From positions 288,001-352,000 of the forward strand of contig CAVQKE010000003.1 in assembly GCA_963713045.1 (NCBI GenBank): a DNA stretch of 64,000 nucleotides, written 5' to 3'. Numbering within the stretch: position 1 is the stretch's first letter; every line of letters starts with the position of its first letter. The notes below the pieces were generated by a model. It was given only the letters and a program-made list of their open reading frames with translations. It made no database searches and was not told where the DNA came from. The DNA is from an uncultured delta proteobacterium (GTDB taxonomy: Bacteria > Myxococcota > Myxococcia > Myxococcales > Myxococcaceae). Shown here piece by piece: positions 19,114 through 28,349 of this stretch. The position numbers and the translations under genes were made by a program.

Positions 19114-19462
19114 ATTGGGGACGCGGCCCGTCCTGACGAACGGGAGCGCAAAGAGTCAGTGTTGCTCCTGCTTCAGTGGAGCCGCCGGGCGTCCGTTTCT
19201 CCCGACGACATCAGCTTTTGGCACTAGCAACTCCCTGCTATCGGAAGTGCACAGGCCTGGACTGATGTGATGTCGCCTCGGTCGTTCCTTTTGGCGGAGG
19301 TCAGCATTCGCCCTCTTCAAGCTTCGGGCGCCCCCGTGCCAAGAAGGTTACCTGAGGTAATCGCCTTCCTTCTTGGGCGTACGCTAGACGGTGGGTGGAA
19401 ACCGCGAGCGCGGTTTGAGAGCACGAGTGGCATTACCCGCCACCGCGGCTGACAACTGCCCA

Positions 19463-20677
19463 ATGAAAGCGACCCTGCTACTAATCGCAATGGCGCTCAT
19501 CGTCCTCCCCGCGATGGCGCAGGCCGCCGATTTGGCGCTCGTCGGCGGACGCGTCTATTCGTCGGCCGACGCGCCACCCCTCGATGATGCAGTGGTGCTG
19601 CTCCACGACCAGGAGGTCGCCGCCGTGGGAAAGCGCGGTGCCGTAAGCCTTCCGGCCGGTACCAGCGTGATCGCCTGTCAGGGCAAGACAGTGGTCGCCG
19701 GCTTCTGGAATAGCCACGTGCATCTCACCGAGCCCGTATTTAGCGACGCCGCCCACGCGCCCTCCGGTGAGCTGGAAGAGCACCTCCGCGCGATGCTGAG
19801 CCGCTGGGGCGTTACCACCGCGTTCGACCTTGGTTCCCCGCCAGCAAGCTCGACAGCACTCCGCGACCGCATCGAGCGCGGCGACCTCGACGGCCCACGC
19901 CTGTTGCTGGCGGCTAGCGTTTTCCCGGCAGGCCCCAACCCCTCATACCTTCCACGCGACTTGGTGCTTCCCAAAGCGTCGTCAGCTGACGAAGCGGCTC
20001 AGCTTGCGCGCGATGGAATGGTCCGCACGGGCGACGGGCTCAAACTGTTCACCGGAGTCTTCCTGGGTCCCGACAAGCCGGTGCTTAATATGTCAATCGA
20101 CCTAGCGCGTGCCGCGACTGCAGTCGCTCACGCCGCGGGCAAACCAGTCTTCGCTCACCCGCAGAACCACGCGGGCGTTGCCTGCGCCCTCGCCGCCGGT
20201 GTCGACGTGCTCGCCCACACGGTTCCGACCGAAGGACGCTTCTCCGACGATGAGCTGGCCCGCGCTCGGGCACAGCACACGGCGCTGGTCCCAACCCTCG
20301 CGCTCTGGCGCATCGTGATGCGGGGTGCGCCACCCACCGCCGTCGCCGCAATGGTCAGAAATGGTGGAGATGAGTTGGGCCAGTGGTATCGCAACGGCGG
20401 AACGATTCTGTTCGGCACCGACGTCGGATTTCACGACCAGTACGACACCACCCAGGAGCTAGCCGACATGGCGAGCGCGCTGCCGTGGCGCGCCATCTTG
20501 GCATCGCTAACGACGAATCCCGCCACCTTCTTTCATGCGCCCAATCGTGGCCGCGTGGCGCCAGGGATGCGCGCCGACATCGTCGTACTCGACGCAGACC
20601 CCGCGCTCGACCCGCGAAACCTGGCCAAGGTCGCGTACACGATCCGCGACGGGCGCATCATTTATCAGCGTCGATGA
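19463..20677 (+). CDS. Secreted amidohydrolase family protein
   Basis: Signal peptide, GFWNSHVH, FGTDVG, TTNPA, G.RADIVVL. Confidence 0.88.
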   Translation: MKATLLLIAMALIVLPAMAQAADLALVGGRVYSSADAPPLDDAVVLLHDQEVAAVGKRGAVSLPAGTSVIACQGKTVVAGFWNSHVHLTEPVFSDAAHAPSGELEEHLRAMLSRWGVTTAFDLGSPPASSTALRDRIERGDLDGPRLLLAASVFPAGPNPSYLPRDLVLPKASSADEAAQLARDGMVRTGDGLKLFTGVFLGPDKPVLNMSIDLARAATAVAHAAGKPVFAHPQNHAGVACALAAGVDVLAHTVPTEGRFSDDELARARAQHTALVPTLALWRIVMRGAPPTAVAAMVRNGGDELGQWYRNGGTILFGTDVGFHDQYDTTQELADMASALPWRAILASLTTNPATFFHAPNRGRVAPGMRADIVVLDADPALDPRNLAKVAYTIRDGRIIYQRR

Positions 20678-20847
20678 CCCTCCGCGACGACGCACCTAAG
20701 CAATCGAGAGGCTTTCTCTCCACGCGTTGCCCGCTGGGCGGAGCGAAGGTCGGGGGTGCTGGTGAATGCCTTGACTGAACGCTAACCTCCGCTCACAGTC
20801 ACCAAGCCTTGGCGTGCCGGCCGCTCCGGAGATTAGGGGACTTGGAA

Positions 20848-21201
20848 ATGTCTGGCGCCTTTTCCTCAGGCGGGGTCGCCGCTCTGGCGTGGGCGGTCCT
20901 GGCGGCTGCGCCACAGTCCTCCTCTGCTTCACTGAGCCAGCTGCGCGAGGATGCGCGCCAGTTGGTCAGCGGTCGCTGCGGTAGCTGCCACTCGGCAACG
21001 TCACCCAAAGCACTGCCTGGTGCCCTGAAGGTCTACAACGCAGATGAAGTCAACTGGACGAAGCGCATGTCCGACGCACAAGTGAAAAAAATCCTTGAGC
21101 GCTTTCGCGGACCAGCCATCCCGAAGGACGACATCGACCGTGTCACCGCGTACGTCGAAGCCGAACTCGCCAGCCGAAAGGCTCAGCCGCAACCGCCATG
21201 A
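20848..21201 (+). CDS. Small monoheme c-type cytochrome
   Basis: Signal peptide plus CGSCH heme-binding motif. Confidence 0.65.
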   Translation: MSGAFSSGGVAALAWAVLAAAPQSSSASLSQLREDARQLVSGRCGSCHSATSPKALPGALKVYNADEVNWTKRMSDAQVKKILERFRGPAIPKDDIDRVTAYVEAELASRKAQPQPP

Positions 21202-21237
21202 GGCAAGTGCACGACGTTGTCGGACAGCCCAAGCCTC

Positions 21238-22287
21238 TCACGCGGCCTTTTTGGAATCCCGGAGCAACCCAAGTCTCAGTAAGCTCTCGGCGGTCGCAAC
21301 GATGGCGTCTTCGTTGGATCGCGGCGCCCAACCAAGCATCCGTCTAGCCTTCTCACTGATGGCATTCTTGAACTTTCCGAGTTCGGGGACGATTTGCCCG
21401 AGCGATGAGTCGAATAGCGAAGCGAACCGCAGGACCCAGTCAGGCAGCACTCTTGTCGGGACACGTCGCGCTGCGTCGCCCATCCTTGCCCGCAGAATTT
21501 GAGCGATTCCCTGCATCGTGACGAAGTCGCCGGCGACGGCCAAGAACCGCTCACCCTTCGCGGCACGACTGGTCATCGCGCGGAGGTGCAGGTCCGCTAC
21601 ATCCCGCACATCGACGATGCCAAAGGAGAGGCGGGGGAGGCCTGGCATCGCGCCGTCCATTAGACGACGAACGATCTCGATGGACGTTGAAAAGTCCGGC
21701 CCGAGGACCGGGCCAAAGACGCCCACCGGATTCACGACCGTTAGTTCCAGAGTCCCGCCCTCACGGGCGATAAAATCCCACGCCGCGCGCTCCGCCAACG
21801 TCTTCGACTTTACGTATGCGGTGACATCTCCGCGGTTCGGGTCAGTCCAGTTCTGTTCGGTAAAGGGCTGCCCTGTCAGCTTCTGGCCATAACCGATTGC
21901 CGCAAAAGACGAGGTCAGCACAGTGCGCTTGACGCCCGCATCCCGAGCGGCGCGCAGTACGCGCAGCGCTCCTTCGCGTGCCGGGATAATGAGGTCGTCC
22001 TCATGCTTGGGCACGCCCAGTGGAAAGGGCGAAGCCAGGTGAAGCACAAAATCGCAACCAGCGACGGCGTCGGGCCACCCTGAGTCGGACATCAGGTCGG
22101 CGGCGACAAAAGAGAGCGCCGCTCCCGGTCCTGCGCCTCCCGCCGTCAGCATCCCACGCACTGCGGCTTCACGAGTGAGCGAACGCACAGTCGTCCGCAC
22201 GCGGTAGCCAGCGTCCAAGAGCTGCAAGATTGCGTGCGCGCCAATGAAGCCCGAGCCTCCTGTGACAAGCACCAATTCGCCACTCAT
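21238..22287 (-). CDS. Aldehyde reductase / dihydroflavonol reductase-like extended SDR
   Basis: VTGGSGFIG, HLASP, TSS, YVKSK, VNP..VFGP. Confidence 0.9.
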   Translation of the reverse strand: MSGELVLVTGGSGFIGAHAILQLLDAGYRVRTTVRSLTREAAVRGMLTAGGAGPGAALSFVAADLMSDSGWPDAVAGCDFVLHLASPFPLGVPKHEDDLIIPAREGALRVLRAARDAGVKRTVLTSSFAAIGYGQKLTGQPFTEQNWTDPNRGDVTAYVKSKTLAERAAWDFIAREGGTLELTVVNPVGVFGPVLGPDFSTSIEIVRRLMDGAMPGLPRLSFGIVDVRDVADLHLRAMTSRAAKGERFLAVAGDFVTMQGIAQILRARMGDAARRVPTRVLPDWVLRFASLFDSSLGQIVPELGKFKNAISEKARRMLGWAPRSNEDAIVATAESLLRLGLLRDSKKAA

Positions 22288-22458
22288 GCCGGCCTCCTAG
22301 TTCGGACGCTTCTCATAATGCGGACCAATTTCGCCCGGCCACCTTTCGAAAGCGGGCGGTGGCTAACTCGTCGGCGCCGCGCATTCGCGACAGCGGGTCG
22401 ACACCTTTAAAGTCTTCGTCGAAGTGCAGGTGCCTCGGCCGGCGTTCTAGCTGAGCCG

Positions 22459-23418
22459 TCAGCTGCTTTCGCGTCGCTTGCGGTAATACGGCGACATACC
22501 GAGCATGTACTCACGCATGACTGGCTGTGACAACCGGGCAAAGGAGCGCTTCCACCCCAACAGTGCGGCGACGTCACGGACGATGTCCTCGAAGCTGTGC
22601 CGCTGATACTGGAAGACCCGTTGGCTTTCCTCGGTATCAAGCCAGTCGGTGCAGTAGGGCGTGGTGGTGAAGGCGGACTCAGGTAGCGGGCTTCCCATCT
22701 GCATTGCCGCCATGAACTTGGCCAGATAGTCGCCGTACTTCACCTGACAGCGCGGGCCGCCGCCAATGAGCCACACCCTCCCCCAGGTCTCCGGCATCGT
22801 CGCGCCTTTGGCGGTCACCAATCCGGCATCATAAGGGTGGAGCGTTTCCATCCGCTGGGACAGCGGAATCTCGAACATGATTGGCACCGGCTGGCGCAAC
22901 TCGAGCGGCGGAACGTCGGCATAGCGAAAAATCGCCCAGTCGAGCCCGCTCTCGCGCACCAGCGCTTCACAGGCCAGCTTGTGCTCGGTGTAGGCATCGG
23001 TCGCGGTGACCGGGTCGGACACCTTGCGCGGCGGCGGCTGGTCGGCGGTCCGACCGAACACGTCAAGGGAGGAGGCGAACAGGAATTTGGCCTCTGGCGC
23101 GTGGTTCTTAACGGCCTCGAGCAGGTTGCGGGTCCCGTCGACGTTCACCTTCCGCGCCTCGTTGGGTCTTTCGAGGCAGGCCGGTGGAATCACGTACGCG
23201 AGGTGGACCACCCGGTCGACGCCGCGCACCGTCGACGGCAACGTCTCAGGCCGGGTTACATCGCCACGCACGACTTCCACCGTGCTTGCCCAGTCATTGC
23301 TCAGCTTGGAGCTAGGTTTGCCGAAACTAAGCGCACGTACGCGATGGCCAAGCTTCAGCAGGGCGTTGACGCTGTGGCTACCAATGTTGCCGAACGCGCC
23401 GGTGACGAGGACATTCAT
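22459..23418 (-). CDS. Extended SDR, NAD-dependent epimerase/dehydratase (3-beta-hydroxysteroid dehydrogenase-like)
   Basis: VTGAFGNIG, HLA, VNVDGT, ASS, YTEHK. Starts 1 nt after the ERG2-family stop. Confidence 0.8.
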   Translation of the reverse strand: MNVLVTGAFGNIGSHSVNALLKLGHRVRALSFGKPSSKLSNDWASTVEVVRGDVTRPETLPSTVRGVDRVVHLAYVIPPACLERPNEARKVNVDGTRNLLEAVKNHAPEAKFLFASSLDVFGRTADQPPPRKVSDPVTATDAYTEHKLACEALVRESGLDWAIFRYADVPPLELRQPVPIMFEIPLSQRMETLHPYDAGLVTAKGATMPETWGRVWLIGGGPRCQVKYGDYLAKFMAAMQMGSPLPESAFTTTPYCTDWLDTEESQRVFQYQRHSFEDIVRDVAALLGWKRSFARLSQPVMREYMLGMSPYYRKRRESS

Positions 23419-23419
23419 T

Positions 23420-24094
23420 TCAGCGGAAAAACTTGATGTTGTCCTTCGGGATTTCAGGAACCTCGGGCGGCGGACGCAACCGCTCAGTGAGCGCGCGGGC
23501 GGCGGCGCTTACCAGCGAGAATGGCTGCTTGAGCGTGGTGTAACGACGGCCCAGACTCTGACAGACGAGGTCGGTGTAGAGACTTAGTGTCTGCGCAGCG
23601 GTCACCCAATCCCAGCAGCTGAGGAGTTCGTCGGCGACACCGAAGGGCAAACTGTAGGGAATCAGCCCGCGGGCATACTCGACCGCCCAGACGCCGTCGG
23701 TGAAATTCATCGCCCGCGCCTGGCCGGGCCCGACGTAGATACGGTCGCCAGGCTTATAGACTGTCTTCTCGAACTGGCCTTCGCCGTAGTACCAAGTCTC
23801 ACCGTCGATGACGGTGTCCCAGAAGCCGCTCAGGTGACGCCCGGAGTGGCCCTCGGAGCCAATCGGCGTCCCCCAAATCATGATGTATTCGCTGATGGAC
23901 GCGTAATAGAGCTTCATCTGAATCATCGCGCCCCCAGCGATGCTGTAGAGCCAGGGCTGACCGCGATCCAGAACGTCAGGGTACGCCTCTTCCATGGCAT
24001 CGGCGAACACGTCGAACATGGACGGCTTTTTGTGCCCGAGGCACTTCATCGCGCAGTCGTGGACCACATCGGGGTCGAAGACGTGCTTGGGCAT
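23420..24094 (-). CDS. ERG2 / sigma-1 receptor family protein (C-8 sterol isomerase-like)
   Basis: YASISEYIMIWGTPIGSEGHSGRH...DTVIDGE...YKPGD...WAVEYARGLIP.SLPFGVAD, collinear with the sigma-1R/ERG2 signature motifs. Confidence 0.9.
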   Translation of the reverse strand: MPKHVFDPDVVHDCAMKCLGHKKPSMFDVFADAMEEAYPDVLDRGQPWLYSIAGGAMIQMKLYYASISEYIMIWGTPIGSEGHSGRHLSGFWDTVIDGETWYYGEGQFEKTVYKPGDRIYVGPGQARAMNFTDGVWAVEYARGLIPYSLPFGVADELLSCWDWVTAAQTLSLYTDLVCQSLGRRYTTLKQPFSLVSAAARALTERLRPPPEVPEIPKDNIKFFR

Positions 24095-24163
24095 GGGCTC
24101 CTCGAAAGAGAGAAACGTTCGGCGGGGGTACCGTGTAGCCCTGCGGTCCTGGCCTGATCAAGC

Positions 24164-24970
24164 TCAGTGTCGCCTGGTGGCGAACTTCCTCGTCTGGGCG
24201 GCAATCATCCGGAGGGTCGTCGTGCGAGGCAGCGGGGCGAGTAGCAAGGTGGTTAGCCGGTTGAACATCCCGGGCACCACCCGTGGCCGCCTTCCCAGGG
24301 CAGCCAGCGCGGCTTTCACCACGCGCTCCGGGTTCATCGCTGGAGGAAACAACGAAGTCCGCACCTGCGCGTAGGTCGGTGTCTCGGTCGGACCGGCAGC
24401 GCAGGTCAACACGTCCACGCCGCGCGGCTCGAGCTCCGCCCAGAGGCTATCACCGAAGCTCAGCGCAAAGGCCTTCGAACCGGCGTAGGTGGCCGAGAAT
24501 GGAGAGCCGATTATTCCAGCCACCGACGACATGAAGATGATGCCACCCCGTCCTCGCTCGGCCATCCGGCGGCCGAACAGGTGGGCCAGCACCAGCGGCG
24601 CTCGCACGTTCAGGTCGACGGAGCGCAACACGTCGTCGACGTCGAGGTCGACAAAGGCGGACATCAGCGAGAGCGCGGCGTTGCAGACGAGTAAGCCGAT
24701 CTCGAGGTCCTCAGTGGCCTCCGCGACTGTCCGGTGCAGACCGGGAGACGTCAAATCGAGTGCCAGTACCCTCGACTGAACGCCGTGCTGCTGGGAGAGC
24801 TCCGCTGCCAACGACTGCAGCGGCACCGCGCGCCGGGCAAGTAGCACCAAATTCAGTCCGCGGATGGCGAGCGCACGAGCGAAGGACGCGCCGATTCCTT
24901 CCGAAGCGCCTGCCACGAGCGCCCAGGGGCCGTAACGGGTCAGAAAGCGCCGTGGCTTCAGAGCAGCCAT
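24164..24970 (-). CDS. Classical SDR oxidoreductase (17-beta-HSD / 3-ketoreductase-like)
   Basis: RYGPWALVAGASEGIG, CNAA, SS, YAGSK. Confidence 0.88.
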   Translation of the reverse strand: MAALKPRRFLTRYGPWALVAGASEGIGASFARALAIRGLNLVLLARRAVPLQSLAAELSQQHGVQSRVLALDLTSPGLHRTVAEATEDLEIGLLVCNAALSLMSAFVDLDVDDVLRSVDLNVRAPLVLAHLFGRRMAERGRGGIIFMSSVAGIIGSPFSATYAGSKAFALSFGDSLWAELEPRGVDVLTCAAGPTETPTYAQVRTSLFPPAMNPERVVKAALAALGRRPRVVPGMFNRLTTLLLAPLPRTTTLRMIAAQTRKFATRRH

Positions 24971-25716
24971 GGAATGACCGCGCGCCGCTCCGGGGGGTAG
25001 TCAGGGAAGTTCCGCTTGTACCAGCGGTGGTGAGAAAGGGCGCGCGGCAGCAGGTTGGCCGCGGTGAAGAGGAAAAACGAGAGTCCAGCCAGCGACCAGG
25101 TCGCGATTGCCCACGCACCCCACTCGATGAGCTCACCGAGGTAGTTAGGCGCCGATACCCAGCGGTAGGCACCACCCCGGGGGATTTTATAACCAGCGTG
25201 GCCCGGGCTGCGCAACGCGAACAGGATGTTGTCGGAGCGGATGTTCACGGCCATGCCGCTCGCAAACAGCAGCACCCCAACGATGAAGCGGGGATCCCTG
25301 AACCAACTCAGTGGGTAGTGTCCAAGCTGCGAAATCCACCGGGCGTTCACGTAAGCGTTGAGGAGGTTGAACGTGATTGCCATCGCCGGCACCGACAACG
25401 GCATCTTCTTCTGCGTCGCCTTCAGACGCAGCGGGTAGATGAAGGCCCGGTGGGCATAGTGAGTGAGCCACATGGCCGCCAGCGCAAGCGGCACCGGCTC
25501 AAGTGCGTGAGCGCCGAGCGCGTAGATACCGCCAAAGGCCAGCGCTGCTGGGCTTTCCATCAGCATCCAGCCGAGGCGGTTGGGAATCATCACGCCCCAG
25601 CCCTCACGGGAGTGACGACCGTAGGGAGCCACGACGAAAAAGAGCGAGATGAACACCATTGCGCCGACGGCGATGAGCCCCCAGGCTACCCAGTGGTGAA
25701 CTTGAACTTCGTTCAT
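24958..25716 (-). CDS. 3-oxo-5-alpha-steroid 4-dehydrogenase (steroid 5-alpha-reductase, SRD5A/DET2-like)
   Basis: PYGRH, WMLMESP, HYAHRAFIYP, NIRSDNIL..LR, YKIPRGG, SAPNYLGELIEW, NLLPRALSHHRWY, RRAVIP. Start re-called at 25716. Confidence 0.92.
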   Translation of the reverse strand: MNEVQVHHWVAWGLIAVGAMVFISLFFVVAPYGRHSREGWGVMIPNRLGWMLMESPAALAFGGIYALGAHALEPVPLALAAMWLTHYAHRAFIYPLRLKATQKKMPLSVPAMAITFNLLNAYVNARWISQLGHYPLSWFRDPRFIVGVLLFASGMAVNIRSDNILFALRSPGHAGYKIPRGGAYRWVSAPNYLGELIEWGAWAIATWSLAGLSFFLFTAANLLPRALSHHRWYKRNFPDYPPERRAVIPWLL

Positions 25717-25827
25717 GGATGCTTGGCTTCCGAAGGATTTGCTCTGGTTATTTTTTTGGGGCCGTGGCTGCCTCAGCGTCGACGAGGCACTGTCGTCGCT
25801 GGTACCCAAGCTAGGTTAGCTAGCACT

Positions 25828-26112
25828 TCACCGTTCCAAAGTGCGCACGAGCTGCAAGTACGCCGCCCCGCGGGCGTCGAGGCGAAAGACTTCAGGCATT
25901 CTCACCAGCCGCAGCACAATTTCCTCGCATTTCGGACAGCGGAGAACCAGACCCGGCGCATGGATGAAAGCTGTCAGCGTGGCAATCGCTCCAACCGCTC
26001 CACAGTGGGCGCATTGACAGGGACTGTTCGTCATTTCGCGGCCGAAAACTTCATCGAGCAGACCCCCCACGGCGTTTCCGTCCAGTCTCAACGCGTCACT
26101 CATGTCACTCAC
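25828..26112 (-). CDS. Small CxxC...CxxC protein (DUF6510-like)
   Basis: LDGNAVGGLLDEVFG...CAHCG...PGLVLRCPKC. Confidence 0.75.
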   Translation of the reverse strand: MSDMSDALRLDGNAVGGLLDEVFGREMTNSPCQCAHCGAVGAIATLTAFIHAPGLVLRCPKCEEIVLRLVRMPEVFRLDARGAAYLQLVRTLER

Positions 26113-26878
26113 GGATGGACTCCTTTCCCGTCGGTCCGAAACGTTCGGTGCGGAGCCGTTCTGGCGGAACAGCCAGCTCTACCAGGGCATTCGCCGACGC
26201 TTCCACCATGAGGGTCGGACCACAGACGTACGCCAAGAAGGTGGTACCGAACGGACGCGCGATATCCGCCAGCATTGTCCTATCAATGCGACGTGCGTAG
26301 CCCTGCCAGTCCGGTGGTTGTTTGCGGGTAAACGTGTAGAACACTTCTGGCCCCCCCTGTGATGCCTGGAGGGCGTCCAACTCCTCTCGGTAAAAGACGT
26401 CAGCGGGAGTCTGGACGCTGTACAAGAGACGCGCCGGGACCGTACTGGCTACCGCCGCGCGATGGCGCAGCATGGCCATGAGGGGAACCATGCCCGAGCC
26501 GCCCGCGATGAGCAGCAATGGGCCGCCCATGCGGACCTCCCAAACAAAATACCCACCGATGGGTCCGCGGACCTGGACCTCATCGCCGACCACCAGCACG
26601 TCGGTGAGATAGCTCGACACCTCCCCGTCCTCGAGCCGCTCGATGGTGAACTGAATCTCGCCCACTCGCTCGGGGGCAGACGCAACAGAATAGCTTCTCT
26701 CGGCTTCGTACCCATCGGGCGCCACGAGGCGGACGTCGTAGTGCTGCCCAGCCCGGTGGGCAGTCCACTGGGGCAGAGCCAGCGTCAGCGTCTTCGCACG
26801 CGGTGTCTCCGCTTTGAGGCCGGTGACACGCGCTAGTTGCCAGTCCAACGGCCGCGGGCTCAGTACGCTGGTCGACAT
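26105..26878 (-). CDS. FAD/NAD(P)-binding ferredoxin reductase-type oxidoreductase
   Basis: GQH, RSYS, GEVS, GPIG, AGGSG..P, YVCGP, TERFG. Alternative TTG start at 26884. Confidence 0.88.
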   Translation of the reverse strand: MSTSVLSPRPLDWQLARVTGLKAETPRAKTLTLALPQWTAHRAGQHYDVRLVAPDGYEAERSYSVASAPERVGEIQFTIERLEDGEVSSYLTDVLVVGDEVQVRGPIGGYFVWEVRMGGPLLLIAGGSGMVPLMAMLRHRAAVASTVPARLLYSVQTPADVFYREELDALQASQGGPEVFYTFTRKQPPDWQGYARRIDRTMLADIARPFGTTFLAYVCGPTLMVEASANALVELAVPPERLRTERFGPTGKESIRE

Positions 26879-26880
26879 CC

Positions 26881-27498
26881 TCAAGCGCTGCTGTAGCGCT
26901 CTTCCTTCCAGGGGTCACCATGGTTGTTGTAACCAAGCGACTCCCAGAAGCCGGGCTGGTCGGTCTCAGTCAAGCGAAGTCCCCGCACCCACTTAGCGCT
27001 CTTCCAAAAGTACAGGTGAGGGACCACCAGCCGCGCGGGGCCTCCGTGCTCAGCGGCGAGCGGCTGTCCGTCATAGCGATAAGCGATGAAGGCTTGGCCG
27101 TCGACGACTTCGGCCAGCGGCAGGTTGGTGGTGTATCCGCCGTCGCAAAGGGCAATCAGGAAGCGCGCTTTGGGGTCGAGTTCAACCTGCCCGAAAAGAG
27201 TGTCGAGGCTGACTCCTCCCCAGTGCGTGTCGAGCTTGCTCCACTTCGTGACGCAGTGGATGTCGGCGATGAAGTCCTGGGAGGGAAGCTTCATGAACTC
27301 GCCCCAACTCCACTGGACGGCCTTACGCACCAGTCCCTCGAGCCCAAAGCTCCATTGCTCGAGCCGCGTCCTTGGTGTGGGACCGGCCGAAAGGACCGGG
27401 AAGTCCGGTGTGATGTACTGGCCAGGAGGCAGCCGGTCGGCAACGTCTGGCTCGCGGCGTTTTCCGACGAAACCCCGCGAGACGAATTTCTTGTCCAT
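26881..27498 (-). CDS. Cytoplasmic sulfite oxidase-like molybdopterin oxidoreductase
   Basis: LPPGQ, DIHCVTKWS, EHGGPARLVVPHLYFWKSAKW, GFWE..GY...GDPW.EERY. No Tat signal. Confidence 0.9.
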   Translation of the reverse strand: MDKKFVSRGFVGKRREPDVADRLPPGQYITPDFPVLSAGPTPRTRLEQWSFGLEGLVRKAVQWSWGEFMKLPSQDFIADIHCVTKWSKLDTHWGGVSLDTLFGQVELDPKARFLIALCDGGYTTNLPLAEVVDGQAFIAYRYDGQPLAAEHGGPARLVVPHLYFWKSAKWVRGLRLTETDQPGFWESLGYNNHGDPWKEERYSSA

Positions 27499-27623
27499 GC
27501 AAGCTCTTTCCTCTGCTGTCTGAAAGCTCGACTCTTCGCTGAGAGGGTTGAGGCGTGACTTGCTCGTCGTAGGAGAGAGCCGCCGAAACGCGTCCTTGGC
27601 TCGAAGGCCTCGGAAACCCGTCG

Positions 27624-28172
27624 CTACTTCTGCTTCTGGTACGTCCCGATGAGTTCCGCGTTTCCCACGACGTGCCCTTGCATCGCCTTCTCCACGTCTG
27701 CCTTCGATGGGGCTTGGAGGTCGGCAAGTACCGTGTCGAGAGCATACAGCTTAAAGAAATAGCGATGCCGTCCAATTGGTGGGCAGGGTCCACCGTACAC
27801 GGGCTTTTTCCAATCGTTCAGCCCTTCCTTTGTGCCCCGCGGAAGGGACTTCTCTGAGACGCCCTCGCCGAGGGACGTTGTCGAGGACGGTATGTTGTAG
27901 ACGACCCAATGCACCCAGGTCACCCGCGGCGCTTTGGGGTCTGGGGCATCGGGGTCATCGACGATGAGCACCAAGCTTTTGGTGGAAGCCGGGATGCCGC
28001 TCCATGCAAGGGGCGGTGACTTGTCGACTCCCTCGCAGGTGTATTTCGCCGGAATCGCCCCCATTGGGGTGAATGCTGGTGATGAAAGCTGCATTGGAGC
28101 CTCCGAGGCCTTGGCCCACGCGCCCAGACCGAGCATCAGGCCTAGCGTGACCGTGCTTTCAAGCCGTCGCAT
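27624..28172 (-). CDS. YbhB/YbcL (PEBP/RKIP) family protein, secreted
   Basis: DDPDAP, WVHW, YGGPCPP.GRHRY.F.LYALD; signal peptide. Confidence 0.9.
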   Translation of the reverse strand: MRRLESTVTLGLMLGLGAWAKASEAPMQLSSPAFTPMGAIPAKYTCEGVDKSPPLAWSGIPASTKSLVLIVDDPDAPDPKAPRVTWVHWVVYNIPSSTTSLGEGVSEKSLPRGTKEGLNDWKKPVYGGPCPPIGRHRYFFKLYALDTVLADLQAPSKADVEKAMQGHVVGNAELIGTYQKQK

Positions 28173-28349
28173 CCAAAAAAGAGTAGGCGTTCGACGCCTG
28201 CAATGCCAGGCAGGTGGCCGCACCGTGGCATGCGGTGCCAATGCGCCCAGCACCGATGGTTCCAGTATTTCCTACAGGTCTGGTTGCCTGGCCGCACCGG
28301 TTCTCGACTTCCTGGCGGTGCCGCTGAGGCTGTTCCGGACCGGAGAGGG

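Noticed and set aside
19117..19195. CTGACGA within nested inverted repeats, suggestive of a hammerhead ribozyme
   Set aside because: No stem II followed by GAAA and no correctly placed cleavage triplet. More likely ordinary GC-rich pairing after a stop codon.
24760..26211. 483-aa plus-strand ORF over the steroid operon
   Set aside because: Antisense shadow of well-supported minus-strand genes; Arg/Pro-rich with no motifs.
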